NCBI GenBank assembly: GCA_965205295.1
Contig: OZ242167.1
Location: forward strand, 2,898,097 to 2,962,096
Length of the DNA: 64,000 nucleotides
Direction: 5' to 3'
DNA from: Candidatus Multivorans sp.
Lineage (GTDB): Bacteria > Acidobacteriota > Thermoanaerobaculia > Multivoradales > Multivoraceae
The stretch's first letter is position 1. Each line of letters starts with the position of its first letter. Shown here one piece after another: positions 37,078-50,201 of the stretch. The notes beneath the pieces were generated by a model. It saw only the letters and a program-made list of their open reading frames with translations, did no database searches and was not told the DNA's origin. A program made the translations under genes and the position numbers.

Positions 37078-37677
37078 TCAAGGGGCGAGGTATTCGCGCC
37101 GTACGGCGTCTTCGATCAGTTCCTCGGCGTAGCGCCACAGATCGGGCGCGCCATCTTCGATGCAGCAGTTGATCTCCCGTACCTGGTCCGCCCGCACGCC
37201 ATGCTTCCGCCAGACACCGCCGCCGTTCACGTAGTTGAGCAGCATCGGCTGCAGGCGGTCCATCGCCTTGGCGAACTTCGCTTCCGGGCTCTCCCGCGCC
37301 TCGAACTCGTCCCAGAGGGCACGCAGCTCGGCCCCCGTCTCGGCCGGCAACAGCCCGAAGATGCGGTCGGCAGCACGCTCCTCGCGCTCCTCCTGGTCCT
37401 CCACACCCGCCTTGTCGTAGACGAACGTGTCGCCGGCATCGATCTCCACCAGATCGTGCACCACCAGCATCTTGAGCACCTTGAGCTGATCGAGCACCTT
37501 GAAGGCCGCGTGTTCCGCCAGCACCAGGGCCATCAATGCCAACTGCCAGGAATGCTCCGCGGAGTTCTCCCGGCGGTCGTTTCCGACGATGGAGGTGCGC
37601 CGCAGCACCTGCTTGAGGCGGTCGGCTTCGACCAGAAACCGAATCTGCTGCGCAAGGCGTTCGCTGGCTTCCTGCAT
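37078..37677 (-). CDS. HD-domain phosphohydrolase (YfbR-like 5'-deoxynucleotidase family)
   Basis: ENSAEHSWQLALMALVL...HDLVEIDAGD carries the HD motif pair. Confidence 0.75.
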   Translation of the reverse strand: MQEASERLAQQIRFLVEADRLKQVLRRTSIVGNDRRENSAEHSWQLALMALVLAEHAAFKVLDQLKVLKMLVVHDLVEIDAGDTFVYDKAGVEDQEEREERAADRIFGLLPAETGAELRALWDEFEARESPEAKFAKAMDRLQPMLLNYVNGGGVWRKHGVRADQVREINCCIEDGAPDLWRYAEELIEDAVRREYLAP

Positions 37678-37708
37678 GCCGCAACGGTACCCGACTCCTC
37701 TCGCGGAC

Positions 37709-39052
37709 CTACTGTTCCAACTGCACGACGCCATCGCTGAACTGCAGGAGCTCGACGCCCCGCAGCATGTCCGTCCCGTCCCGGTCCGGCTGCGAGTCGA
37801 CGACCATCGTCGAGTCGCCGTCCCCGCTGACTTCGTAGTCCGCCGCCGGGCCGCCGAAGACGGCCGTGTCGTCGCCGGCGCCGCCGTCCAGCGTGTCGTT
37901 GCCGCCGCCGCCCTCGAGCCGGTTCGCGCCGGCGTTGCCGGTGAGCACGTTGTCGTGGACGTTGCCGCGCAGGTTCGCGTCGCCGTCGCCGGTCAGCGCG
38001 GCGTTGCGAAGATGCTGGGTCTTCATGGTGTAGCGCTCATCCGGATCGAACGCCATCGAGAACGTCCCGCTGAAGTCCAGAGGCAGTTCCGGCGTGTAGG
38101 TCAGATGCGGCCCGACGAACTTCGTGACCAGCGCGTAGCCGAGCGGGTCCTTCTCCGGCATCAAAGCGCGGCTGCCCGCGAAGTACTCCCCGAAGTGCGA
38201 ATGGCCCTCCGGAATGTCGCCAGGCTCGATGTCGCGCCCCTCGTACTTGGTCGGCGGCACGGTCCAGAGGTCGTAGTAGTTGTCGATCAGGACGCCCACG
38301 TACTCGTTCGGGTGGTTCTCCGTCTCTTCTCTGGGCCAGCCCACCCAGCCCTTCGTTTCCGCCTCATCGTTCGCCGCTCTCATCTCGGCGATCATCGAAG
38401 TGAGCGTCGGCTTGATCCCGTAGTCGTGGATCAGGTGCCAGATCTCCTCGTAGGCGGCGTCGCGGGTGACGTGGGCCATGTAGTCCGCGTCGCCGACCGC
38501 CGGGCTCTCGTTCGCGCGCAGGTCCTGCATGCTCAGGTCCGTCGCCCCCGGCAGCCCCGAACGCATCGCCTCGTCCAGATCCTCCTCCGTGTTGAAGAAC
38601 ACCATCGTCGCCTTGCGGTCCGCCATCGCGTTGGCGATCCCGCTCTTGTCGTCGCCGTAGACCGAGCCGGGGACGTCGGTGAGCAGGAACTCCATCACGT
38701 TCCGGCCGTGCTTGATCTGGTCGCGGGTCCAGCCGTCCGAGGCCAGGATGTGGATCCGCCTGCCGTCCGGCGTCGGATAGTAGGTGTACTTGACGAAGTG
38801 CTCGCGGAACACCTCCGGCACGTCGGCCGGGAGGTCGACGATGCCGTCGGGCGAACCGGAGGTGTCGATGTCCGGCAGCGTGACGAGTTCCCGCGGGCCG
38901 CAGGCGGCCAGGAGCAGGCACCCGGTGGCGACCGCTAGCGCTACGGCGGCAGAACTACAGAAGGCCGACGCTTCGCGTCGGATGCCGGCGGGGGCGCCGG
39001 CGCACCCAGTTTCCGCCGCGCAAGCTCCTTGCAACGTCTTTGCTTGCCTCAT
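37709..39052 (-). CDS. lipoprotein with C-terminal hemolysin-type (RTX) calcium-binding repeats
   Basis: GGAGGAG RBS. Lipobox LLLAACG. C-terminal GNAGANRLEGGGGNDTLDGGAGDD nonapeptide-like repeats. Confidence 0.6.
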   Translation of the reverse strand: MRQAKTLQGACAAETGCAGAPAGIRREASAFCSSAAVALAVATGCLLLAACGPRELVTLPDIDTSGSPDGIVDLPADVPEVFREHFVKYTYYPTPDGRRIHILASDGWTRDQIKHGRNVMEFLLTDVPGSVYGDDKSGIANAMADRKATMVFFNTEEDLDEAMRSGLPGATDLSMQDLRANESPAVGDADYMAHVTRDAAYEEIWHLIHDYGIKPTLTSMIAEMRAANDEAETKGWVGWPREETENHPNEYVGVLIDNYYDLWTVPPTKYEGRDIEPGDIPEGHSHFGEYFAGSRALMPEKDPLGYALVTKFVGPHLTYTPELPLDFSGTFSMAFDPDERYTMKTQHLRNAALTGDGDANLRGNVHDNVLTGNAGANRLEGGGGNDTLDGGAGDDTAVFGGPAADYEVSGDGDSTMVVDSQPDRDGTDMLRGVELLQFSDGVVQLEQ

Positions 39053-39080
39053 GCTCTTCTCCTCCTCAGTCGTTCTCCGG

Positions 39081-40475
39081 TCAGTCCTGCAGGTACAGCT
39101 CCCAGAAGCTGGCTTGCCCCTCGTCTCTCGAGCGGTTCACGATCTTCCCATCCTTGATCACCATGGACAGGCTGCGCATGTGCGAGATGTGCTCGAGCGG
39201 GTTCTTCTCCAGCACGATCAGGTCGGCGAGCTTGCCGGCCTCGACCGTGCCGAGGTCGTCGAGCATCCCCATCATCTCGGCGCTGTTGCGGGTCGCGGCC
39301 TGGATGGCGCCCATCGGCGGAATGCCGTGGAACGCGAGCTGTTCGATCTCCAGGATGCCGATCTCCGAGATCGGATTCGAGTCGCTGCCGGTGGTCAGGC
39401 GGACGCCTGCGGCGTACGCCTTGTTGATCACGTCGCGGGCCAGCTCCGCCCGCTCCTGGCTCCGCTCGTCGGCGTGCGACACCCGCACCCGGCCTTCGAC
39501 GACCTCCGGCGCGTCGACGTAGCCGGCCTCCCGGATCAGCCGTTCCCGTTCGGCGATGAACTCGGTGCTCAGGTTGCACTGGATGGTCGGATCGAGGAAG
39601 GTCCCTGCCTCGGCCATCATCCGGATCGTGTCGTCGGAGAGGTCGTTGCCATGCTCGATGCTCTCGGCACCCGCCATCACCGCGATCCGGGTGGTCTCGT
39701 CGCCGGCGTGAACGGTGACCGGGATGCCGTGTCGATGGGCCTCGTCGATGCCGGCGATCAGCTCTTCCGGCGGCATCCGGCTGCCGAGGAACTTGATGAG
39801 TTCGGCCCCGTTCGCGATGTTGTCAGCGACCACGGCGCGAATGCCCTCCGGCCCCTTGCCGGTCCGCACCAGCCAGTCCGTGTCCCCGTCGGTCGAGAGC
39901 GGCGGTCCGCCTGCAACGATCCTGGGTCCGACGAAGACGCCGGCATCGAACGCCTGCTTCCAGGCCACGTCCATGAAGTCGCGCTCGCCGGTGATCCGGA
40001 GCGTCGTGAAGCCGGCCTTGAGCGCGTCCATCGCGTTGCGGCCGGCGCGAATCGCCGCACGCAGCAGCGGCTCGTCGGGCAGCAGGCCCTTGGGGTCGGG
40101 CAGCAGGTCGCCGAGGTGGGAGTGGTTGTTCCACAGGCCGGGCAGGACGTAGGCGCCGTCCAGGTCGATCACCCGCGCATCGGCGCCCGGGTCGGGCGCG
40201 GAGGCCGAAGGCGTATGGATCGCCGCGATGCGGTTCCCCTCGATGACCACCGTGGCGTCCTCGATCGGCGGCGCGCCGGTGGCGTCGATCACCGTGGCGT
40301 TGGTGAGGACGGTTGTCTGGGCAAAGGCCGGAGCAGCCGAAGCGAGCAGCACCGCTGCCGAGAAGAAGAGGAAGCGACACCTCGGCTGGACACGGACCGG
40401 CCTGCGGCCGGATGCGGGCAGGATGCCCGCGTTCCCAGGGAAGGCTCCGCGGTGTTTCTTCGTGTTCCGCTTCAT
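39081..40475 (-). CDS. metal-dependent amidohydrolase family protein (paralog 1)
   Basis: Strong RBS GAAGGAGGA 6 nt before the ATG at 40475. LPGLWNNHSHLGD metal-binding HxH motif. The N-terminal n-region contains an in-frame REP-like element encoding FPGNAGILPASGRR. Confidence 0.75.
   Translation of the reverse strand: MKRNTKKHRGAFPGNAGILPASGRRPVRVQPRCRFLFFSAAVLLASAAPAFAQTTVLTNATVIDATGAPPIEDATVVIEGNRIAAIHTPSASAPDPGADARVIDLDGAYVLPGLWNNHSHLGDLLPDPKGLLPDEPLLRAAIRAGRNAMDALKAGFTTLRITGERDFMDVAWKQAFDAGVFVGPRIVAGGPPLSTDGDTDWLVRTGKGPEGIRAVVADNIANGAELIKFLGSRMPPEELIAGIDEAHRHGIPVTVHAGDETTRIAVMAGAESIEHGNDLSDDTIRMMAEAGTFLDPTIQCNLSTEFIAERERLIREAGYVDAPEVVEGRVRVSHADERSQERAELARDVINKAYAAGVRLTTGSDSNPISEIGILEIEQLAFHGIPPMGAIQAATRNSAEMMGMLDDLGTVEAGKLADLIVLEKNPLEHISHMRSLSMVIKDGKIVNRSRDEGQASFWELYLQD
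40408..40439. repeat. REP-like palindromic element copy C, lying inside the 5' coding region of the amidohydrolase gene
   Basis: Identical to copy A. Translated in-frame as PGNAGILPASG. Confidence 0.65.
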
Positions 40476-40506
40476 TCGCCGTCCTCCTTCAATGACGCGT
40501 TGACTG

Positions 40507-41898
40507 CTACTGATCGGATGCCGTCGCGCCGCGCTGGAAGCCCGCCGCCTCCTCGGACTCCGAGAGGAAACCCTCGGGCAGCTCCATCGGGCCGTAGTAG
40601 TCCCAGTAGCTCGCCGTTCCGAGCTGCCCGTCCAGGTCGACCACGACGCCGCCCTTGAGCACCATCACGGTCTTGCGGATGTTCGAGATGTTCTCGAGGG
40701 GACTGTCCCCCAGGACGACCAGGTCGGCCAGCTTCCCCTCCTCCACCGTGCCGAGAACGTTGAGCACGCCCTGCACCTCGGCCGCGTTGCGGGTCGCCGC
40801 GATGATCGTGTCCATCTCGCTGACCCCGGAGATGACGAACTGCTCCATCTCCAGGAATCCCATCTCGCCGATCGGCATCGAGTCCGAACCGATCAGGAGC
40901 TTCACTCCCGCCTCGGCCGCCTTGGCCAGCGCCTGCCGCTGGTCTCGCGCGAACTCCGGCGACCGTTCGTCAGCAAAGGCGACCATCGTCCGCAACCGCA
41001 CGATCTCCTCGTCGTCCGAGTATCCGAGTTCCGCCAGCCGCGCCTCGCGCTCGCGGATGTACTCGGCGCTCAGATTGCAGATGATCGTCGGGTCGTAGAA
41101 CGTGCCCTTCTCGGCCATCAACTCGATCGTCTCGTCGGTCAGCCCGTAGCCATGCTCGAGACAGTCCACCCCGGCCTCCACCGCGGCCCGCGCCCCCGGC
41201 TCGCGGACATGCGAAGTGACGTGAACACCGAGGCTGTGCGCCGTCTGGACCGCCGCCTCAAGCTCGTCCGGCAGCATCTCGACGCTGAACAGCTTGATCG
41301 CCCTGGCGCCCCTCTGGACGCGCGACCGCACCTCCTTGCGGATCGCGGCCACGCCGTCGGCGCCTTCCTCGACCGAACCCCGATGCCCGGCGGTCGGACT
41401 CACCGGTTCGCCGCTGGCGAAGACCCTCGGACCAAGGAAGAAGCCATGGTCGAACGCCTGCTGCCAGGCGACGTCGATGTAGTCCTCCTCGCCCACCGAG
41501 CGCACGCTGGTGAAGCCGTGGCGCAGCCCGTCTATCGCGTTTAGTCCCGCGCGGATGACCTTGGATGGCATCCGTTCGTCGTCCAGGGCGTGGTTGTCCG
41601 GGAACATCACGCTCAGATGGGTGTGCATGTTCCAGAACCCGGGCAGCACCCAGGCGCCGTCGAGATCGTGGACGTCGGCCGCGTCACCGCCGTCAGGGGC
41701 CCGGTACGGACCCTCCCTAATCGACGCGATCCGCTCGCCCACGATTGCGATCGTCATGTCCTCCTGGACGGGACCGCCCGTGCCGTCAATGATGTTGACG
41801 TCGGTCAGGACGATCGTCTGCGCGGCGAGGCCGGCCGGCACGAAACCGGCAAGGAGTATCGGCATCACCCGAACCAGACCGATCCGGAACGTTTTCAT
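40507..41898 (-). CDS. metal-dependent amidohydrolase family protein (paralog 2)
   Basis: Start at the ATG at 41898 (MKTFRIGLVRVMPILLAGFVPAGLAAQ signal). LPGFWNMHTHLS HxH motif. Tandem paralog of 39081..40475. Confidence 0.75.
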   Translation of the reverse strand: MKTFRIGLVRVMPILLAGFVPAGLAAQTIVLTDVNIIDGTGGPVQEDMTIAIVGERIASIREGPYRAPDGGDAADVHDLDGAWVLPGFWNMHTHLSVMFPDNHALDDERMPSKVIRAGLNAIDGLRHGFTSVRSVGEEDYIDVAWQQAFDHGFFLGPRVFASGEPVSPTAGHRGSVEEGADGVAAIRKEVRSRVQRGARAIKLFSVEMLPDELEAAVQTAHSLGVHVTSHVREPGARAAVEAGVDCLEHGYGLTDETIELMAEKGTFYDPTIICNLSAEYIREREARLAELGYSDDEEIVRLRTMVAFADERSPEFARDQRQALAKAAEAGVKLLIGSDSMPIGEMGFLEMEQFVISGVSEMDTIIAATRNAAEVQGVLNVLGTVEEGKLADLVVLGDSPLENISNIRKTVMVLKGGVVVDLDGQLGTASYWDYYGPMELPEGFLSESEEAAGFQRGATASDQ

Positions 41899-41959
41899 CG
41901 CAACGAATCGTCTACTGTACACGGCCGATCCACGCCGGGCGCCTGCGGGCGATGCGCGT

Positions 41960-43845
<1,886 letters not shown>

Positions 43846-43849
<4 letters not shown>

Positions 43850-46704
43850 CCGCCCGCTCCGGCGACCCCCGGCCGGTCGCCTTCGAAGCGCCCGGGCCGG
43901 TGCAGGTCGTAGATCACGATCGCCTCGGCCGCGTGATCGGCCGCCGCGTCGGCGCGTCTGGCGGCGGCGATTGCCCGGTCCCGGGCGTTGTCGTCCGGCC
44001 TGTACTTCGCATGAAGTTCCTGGTGGCGCTCCGCGCCCTCGCGATCGCCAAGCTGGCCGTAGATCAAACCCAGGTTGTAGTGGGCAGTGACGTTCTCCGG
44101 GTCGATGACCAGGGCGCTCTCGAACGACTCCCGCGCCTCGTTGAGCCGCGCCGCGCGCGCCTCGGCGCGGGCAGGGCCCCGCTCGCGCTTGGCGCGCTCG
44201 AACAGAGCCAGACCGAGCTGGTTCTGCAGCCGCACGTCGCGGCTGAAGTCGAAGCCGCGGCGCCGCATCTCCTCGCTGTCGGCGTCGAGGATCGAGCGGA
44301 AGTTCGCGATCGCCTCGTCGACGGCGCCGTTCTGGAAGTTGACCAGCCCGGTGAACCACGCGACCGACCACGCCGCAGCCGCCGGGTCGAAGGTGGCGGC
44401 CCGCTCGAGGGCCGCGATCGCGTCGTCGGTGACCGTGCCCTGCGCCAGGTAGACGCGGGCGAGGTTGAGCGGTCCGTCGGGACGGCCTAACTCCTCGACC
44501 CGGGTGAACGCCTCGATCGCCTGCCGCAGCTCGCCGCGGCCGGTGCCGCCCTTGCGCAGGAGGCCGATGCCGTAGTCGTTCCAGCGTTGCCAGAGAGGCT
44601 TGGCGGGTTCGCGGACCTCCGGACCGGATGCGGGCGAGACGCCCGCGTGCCCAGGGGCGGAGGCGCCCGCCACCGGGAAGGTCACCGTGTCCCGGGCCAG
44701 GTCGAGAATCGGCAGTTCGTTCACCGTGTCCTCGCCGTAGATGTAGCGCAGGTACGTCGTGTCGAACTTGCGGTAGCGGAGCGTCGCCTCGACGGTCAGG
44801 CTGCCCGTGGCCGCCGCCGGCGGTACTTCCAGCCGGTAGTGGACCACGTCGCCCGCCCCCGGCGGGATCTGATGGTCGTACAGCGGCACGAAGATGTCCT
44901 CGGCGTTGCGGCGATCGATCCGCGCGCCGTCGCGGTCGAGCATGTAGACGTTGATGAAGTGGGACCAGGGGTCGACCCGGTTGCCCTCGCCCAAACCGCC
45001 GCTCCGCCCCACCAGCCGGCCGCTGTCGTCGCGCACCGCGATGTCCAGCCAGAGCTGGTTGGAGTCAACGGTGCCCTGGGTCAGGTGATGCCCCAGACCG
45101 AGGGTGCGTACAACGACCTCCAGCAGATAGTCCTCGCCCGCCTCGAGCGCCGGTATCTCGGGGCGCACCGGCGCGATCACCTCGTCCTCGATCGCGCCGC
45201 CCGGCTTGACGCCGAAGATGTCCACGTCGACGACGCCCTCGTTGAACTCGCGGTGCGCCTCGATCACCCAGTCCGGAAAGTCGAGCAGGTGGGGAATGCC
45301 GGTGTTGGCGGACGGGAACAGGTGGTCGTGGACCTGGGTGACATCAGGCTGTTCGCTCTCCGGGTGGCGGCGAGAACCGAAGTCGTCCGACGGCAGCAGG
45401 TCCATGTGGCAACCGTTGCAGTTCGGCTCGGCCTCGGGCGGGTAGTAGAAGCTCGCCACGCCGTGGCCCGAGACGCCGGAGAGCAGGTGCGAGTCGTAGT
45501 GGTTCTGTCCGCGCAGGAACTTGTAGTGGTTGAGTTCCTCCGGCAGGTGGACCTTGTGGCATGTGCCGCAGAACTCCGCCGTCGTGTGCAGGGGCTTGAG
45601 GAAGGTCCGTTTGTGCAGTTCGGGCTTCGCCTTGACCAGTTGGTGGTTGACGAACTGGAGGAAACCGGGCTCCGCGAACGCGAACGGGTAGTGCTGGGGC
45701 TCCTCGATCGTGTAGTCGGCGTTGCCGCGGGGACTGTTGACGTGGGTGATCGCGTGGCAGGACGTGCAGGTGATGCCGGCGTGCGCGGCCGGCTGCTCGA
45801 CATCGAACTCCGGGTCGTCGAAGGCGCCCGAGAAGAAGACCACCGGATCGTGGCAGCCGGCGCAGAAGCGGGACGCCTGCACGTCGCCGGAGCGCTCGTA
45901 CGCCTTGTCGCGGGTCTCCTGGACGGAGAAACTGTAGGCGGGGTTGTTGAAGGAGCTGAAGCGGTGGGCGCTGTAGGTCCAGCGGCCGTGGATGTCGGCA
46001 TGGCAGTCCACGCAGTAGGCGTCGTTCATCAACGCCCGCTCGGGGATGAAACCGCCGCTCGCGGTGCGCGCCAGGGCCGGGAAGAAGTACTGCTCTCCCG
46101 ACTCCGGACCTTCCACGTTCCACGCCCGCGGATCCTGGAACTGCAGCACCAGCGCCACGCCGACCAGAACCACGGCGGCGGCCGCCACGCGCGCACCGAT
46201 CCGCCAGTTGATTCGCTTGCCGGCGAGCCGGTGCAGCACGAACAGCCAGGCAGCCACCAGCGGCGCCAGGACGTGCAGCCAGTAGGCCACGCCGCGGACC
46301 GCCGGGTCGTTCACCGTGATGACCCCTTCGATCCGGGTCAGCACGATGCCGCTCAGAAGGAGCACGAGCGCCGTCCCGAACAGCGCATACCCCACCTTCA
46401 CCGCGCGCCGGTTGGGTCGATTGCGCGCGTTCCGCATGTGCGCCAGACCGAACCAGATCACCGGCGCCACGAACAATCCCCCCACCGCCAGGTGAAGCAG
46501 AAACATCGAGATGTAGAACCAGTTCTGGTAGGTCGCGCCGGTTGCCGCCTCGGCAACGCGAACGCCGGAGAGGTAGAACGAGTTCACCGCCAGCAGAGCG
46601 AACAGTCCGAAGACCACCCACAGGAGCGGTTTCAGCCTGGGGCCGATCGCCGGCCGGTAGCGCCGGCGTGCGGGCGGCTTTGCGCCGCCCGCGCTCGCTG
46701 TCAC
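43846..46704 (-). CDS. membrane-anchored multiheme cytochrome c fused to C-terminal TPR repeats
   Basis: GTG start overlapping the PBP stop. N-terminal TM helices. Five CxxCH sites (CVDCH, CAGCH, CTSCH, CGTCH, CNGCH). C-terminal TPR units. The interdomain linker contains REP-like copy D in-frame. Confidence 0.7.
44624..44655. repeat. REP-like palindromic element copy D, inside the coding sequence of the multiheme-TPR gene
   Basis: CCGGATGCGGGCGAGACGCCCGCGTGCCCAGG. Read on the minus strand it encodes PGHAGVSPASG in the gene frame, with no stop codons. Confidence 0.6.
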
Positions 46705-48506
46705 TTGCTCGCTCCGGTCGCTGCCGCGTGCCGTTGCGGAGCCCGAGACGCCGCCTCGATCTCTTCGTCGACCAGCCTGTCTAGCGCCCGCAGCAGACGG
46801 AACGTGACGGCGTAACCGGCGCGGCGAACCCGTGCCGACGTCGGCTGGCCGGTGACCCTTACCGCGAAGGCGTATCGGGGCGGCTGCCTCTCGTCAGAGG
46901 GGAAGAAGCCGACGTAGTTCACATGGAACGGCTTGTCCGGATCGCGCGCCGTGCCCGTCTTCATCGCCACCCGGAGACGCTGCGGCGCCACACGGTTCGC
47001 CGAGCCGCCCGGAGACACGACCGCACGCATCGACTCGTGCAGCACCGGCAGCCAGGACGGGTCGAGAACCTCGACGCCCTGGCGCGGACCGTCGCCGGCC
47101 GGTGTCCGCGGCGAGATGCCCAGAAGTCCGTCCGCCTGCAGAACGAAGCTCGGCTCGCGCCGGCGGCCGTCCGAGAGGGTGGCGGCGAAGATGGCCGCCC
47201 CCAAGGGCGTGATCGAGGCTTCCTCCAGGCCGATCGAGAGATCGCCGAGCTGCCTGCCCGGGTGACGGTACTCATGCACCACACCGACGGCGTTCCGCGG
47301 CACCGCCTCGCCGCTCCTGCCGCCGATGACGAAGCCGTAACGTTCGTACTCTTCGACCAGCGCCCGGTCGCCGACGTCCATCGCGAGCTTGGCGAAGGCG
47401 ACGTTGCAGCTACTGGCCATCGCTGCGGAGAGCCCCCGGAGCCGGCCGTTGATCGCGCTGCAGTAGAGCCGCTGACCGTCCATCAGCACCGAGCCGCGGC
47501 AGGTCATGTCGGCGATCTCCTGGTCGGGGTCGAGACCGGCCCGCATCGCCGCCGTCGTGGTGATCAGCTTGGCGATCGACGCCGGCTCGCGCGGATCGAG
47601 GACGCTGTCGCCGTTCGACCGCCACCGGCGGCTTCGACCGCGGTTGCTCACCGCGGCCAGGACCGCGCCCGACGGGATCTCCACGATCGCGATCGCGCCC
47701 TCTTCCCTGCCCAGCGCCACGTCGGCCGCCTCGCTCCAGGCCCGGTCGATCGTCAGCCGCAGGGCTCGCGCACGGGCCACGGCGCCGCTCATCGCCCCCG
47801 GTCCGGCGGCGGCAAGACCCGGAGGCTGGAGGGCGGAAGGCAGCAGATGGGTCGCCAACTCGACCGGCACCAGGCCGGCCGGCAGATCCTCTACCAGCGT
47901 CAACGAACGGTCGTCGCCGATCGATCCCAATGGCCGGCCCCTTCGGTCGAAGAGCAGTTGCTGCACGCCCGAGGCGTCGACCGCCTGTGCCCGCCGCAGA
48001 CGCCGCTCGAACGCAGACGCCGGCGGCGGTTCGTCCGCGGCCGATTCTGCTCCAGCTTCCTCGGCGCGATTCACACCGAGTTCCACCTCGGCCGCGGCCA
48101 GCAGTGCCGGCGGCAGATGCTCGGCGTGGTCTTCGTACAACGCCGCCACTTCGCGCCAGCGGCCCTCCCCGGCCGCGTGCCGGGCGGCCAGGCTGAGCAG
48201 GCCTGGAGACCGCTCGGCGAGTCGCTCGAATCCCTCGCCGGCAGTCGCCGCTTCCGCCAGACCGAGTTCGAGCCGCGCCTGTCCGACCTTCTGCTGAACC
48301 CGCCACGCCGAGAACGCCGCCACCGCGAGGACGGCCAGCAGCGCCGCCTGAACCCGGCGGCGCAGCGGCCACAACGTCCGCCAGGTCTCCCAGCGGAAGA
48401 TGGGCGACTGCAGGCCGGCGGCCAGTACCTGTTCGAGGCGGCGGCGCACCACAGCACCTGGACCGTCGGCAGGGCCGCGCTCAGCGTCCTTGGGTGTACC
48501 GCTCAT
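46701..48506 (-). CDS. penicillin-binding-protein-type transpeptidase domain protein with N-terminal membrane/helical region
   Basis: SxxK (PASIAKLIT), SxN (SCN) and KTG (KTGTA) motifs in order. Confidence 0.7.
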   Translation of the reverse strand: MSGTPKDAERGPADGPGAVVRRRLEQVLAAGLQSPIFRWETWRTLWPLRRRVQAALLAVLAVAAFSAWRVQQKVGQARLELGLAEAATAGEGFERLAERSPGLLSLAARHAAGEGRWREVAALYEDHAEHLPPALLAAAEVELGVNRAEEAGAESAADEPPPASAFERRLRRAQAVDASGVQQLLFDRRGRPLGSIGDDRSLTLVEDLPAGLVPVELATHLLPSALQPPGLAAAGPGAMSGAVARARALRLTIDRAWSEAADVALGREEGAIAIVEIPSGAVLAAVSNRGRSRRWRSNGDSVLDPREPASIAKLITTTAAMRAGLDPDQEIADMTCRGSVLMDGQRLYCSAINGRLRGLSAAMASSCNVAFAKLAMDVGDRALVEEYERYGFVIGGRSGEAVPRNAVGVVHEYRHPGRQLGDLSIGLEEASITPLGAAIFAATLSDGRRREPSFVLQADGLLGISPRTPAGDGPRQGVEVLDPSWLPVLHESMRAVVSPGGSANRVAPQRLRVAMKTGTARDPDKPFHVNYVGFFPSDERQPPRYAFAVRVTGQPTSARVRRAGYAVTFRLLRALDRLVDEEIEAASRAPQRHAAATGASK

Positions 48507-48568
48507 GCTTCAGTAGCCCGCATCGTTCGCCGCGGTGAGGGCGGCACGGCGCACGTCAGCAGCCGGGC

Positions 48569-50098
48569 TCAGAATACCAATTGGACCCACTCACCATCGA
48601 TCTCGGTGATCGTGGAACGCACACCGGGCAGGATCGGCTCGCTCAGCAACGTGGCTCGCCACGCATCCAACTCGGCTTCGAGACGGGCGACGACCTCTGG
48701 CCGATCCGCCGCCAGGTTGTTCAACTCGCCGAGGTCGGCCTCCAGGTCGTAGAGCAGGGTGGCCTGCCCGTGGGGCGAATCCGTGGGCCAGCCGCCTTCG
48801 GGCGGCTGCAAACGGCCGTCCCCGCGCAGATCGTCGGGCCGGAACTCGGTGCGATTCAGCTTGATCAGCTTGTACTGGGCGTCGCGGATCGCGACGCTGG
48901 CGCCGGCCCGCCAGTACAGGTACTCGTGCGGCGCGCCGTCCGCCTCGCCGGTCATGTACGGCAGCAGGTTCACGCTGTCGCCGGTCGAGGCCTCTTCGCC
49001 GGCCGCTGCCGTGAAGGTGGCCGTGAAGTCGAGGGTGATCACCGGGTGATCAAACGTCTGCCCTCCCTCGACTCCTTCCGGCCAACTGATGATGAAGGGA
49101 ATCCGGACGCCGCCCTCGTGGTGGTAGCGCTTGAAACCGAAGAGCGGCGCGTTCGAGCACGCGCCGTGGATGTAGCCGGCGCAGCCGTTGTCGCTGGCGA
49201 AGACGATCATCGTGTTCTCGTACACGCCCTGCGCCTTGAGCGTCTCGACCACCTGCCGCACACTCTCGTCGAGCGACGCGACCATGGCCGCGTAGACGCG
49301 GGTGCGCTGATCTTCGATGTGGCGGTAGCCGTCCAGGTACTCGGCCGTGGCCTGGAGCGGCGTGTGCGGCGTCGTGTGGCTGAGGTAGAGGAAGAAGGGT
49401 TCTTCACCGCTCGCGCTGCGCTCGATGAAGCTTGTCGCCTCCTCCGTGAACACGTCGGTCAGGTAGCGGTCGACCTTCTCCTCCTCGAACCCCCGCAGCA
49501 CCTTGTTCCGGCGGACCGTCGGCCCGTCTTCGCCGCGGATCGAGCCGTACTCCACGCCCGGCAGGCTGGAGTCGATGAAGATGCTGCCGCCTTCGAGCAC
49601 GCCGAAGTACTCGTCGAAGCCGCGGCTCATCGGATGGTGAGGCTCCTGGTGGCCCAGGTGCCACTTGCCGATCATGCCGGTGCGGTACCCCAGCGCCTTC
49701 ATCCGGTCGGCCAGGGTCGTCTCCTCGAGGCTCATGCCGGCGCCGACATCCCGGCCGGCCGGGTTGAACTCCCAGCCGTGGCGCTGCTGGTAGCGCCCGG
49801 TCATCAGCCCGGCCCGCGACGGACTGCACACCGGATGGCTGACGTAGCCCGCCGTGAAGCGAACCCCGCTCGCGGCCAGCGCGTCGATGTTCGGGGTCGA
49901 GATCACCTCGCTGCCGTAGATGCCGATGTCGGCGTAGCCGAGATCGTCGGCGAGGATGAAAACGATGTTCGGCGGCGAGCCCGCCTCGGCGCCGACGGTG
50001 GGGGTATCGGCCTCGGGCGCGGCGCAGGCCAGGGACACAAGGGCGCCCATCGTCAGCGCCCGTGCCGCCACGGAGGACCGGTTTCTCATCGTTTGCAT
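48569..50098 (-). CDS. arylsulfatase (formylglycine-type sulfatase)
   Basis: RBS GGGAGGA before the ATG at 50098. CSPSRAGLMTGRY (C-x-P-S-R) FGly motif. Signal peptide. Confidence 0.85.
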   Translation of the reverse strand: MQTMRNRSSVAARALTMGALVSLACAAPEADTPTVGAEAGSPPNIVFILADDLGYADIGIYGSEVISTPNIDALAASGVRFTAGYVSHPVCSPSRAGLMTGRYQQRHGWEFNPAGRDVGAGMSLEETTLADRMKALGYRTGMIGKWHLGHQEPHHPMSRGFDEYFGVLEGGSIFIDSSLPGVEYGSIRGEDGPTVRRNKVLRGFEEEKVDRYLTDVFTEEATSFIERSASGEEPFFLYLSHTTPHTPLQATAEYLDGYRHIEDQRTRVYAAMVASLDESVRQVVETLKAQGVYENTMIVFASDNGCAGYIHGACSNAPLFGFKRYHHEGGVRIPFIISWPEGVEGGQTFDHPVITLDFTATFTAAAGEEASTGDSVNLLPYMTGEADGAPHEYLYWRAGASVAIRDAQYKLIKLNRTEFRPDDLRGDGRLQPPEGGWPTDSPHGQATLLYDLEADLGELNNLAADRPEVVARLEAELDAWRATLLSEPILPGVRSTITEIDGEWVQLVF

Positions 50099-50201
50099 TG
50101 CAATCCTCCCGTCAGTCTGCACTCACGACCGGAACACAACATCGTACTGGACACCGCCGCGTTTCGCCGCCAGCCGACCGTGGGCTACGCTCCGCGCTGC
50201 C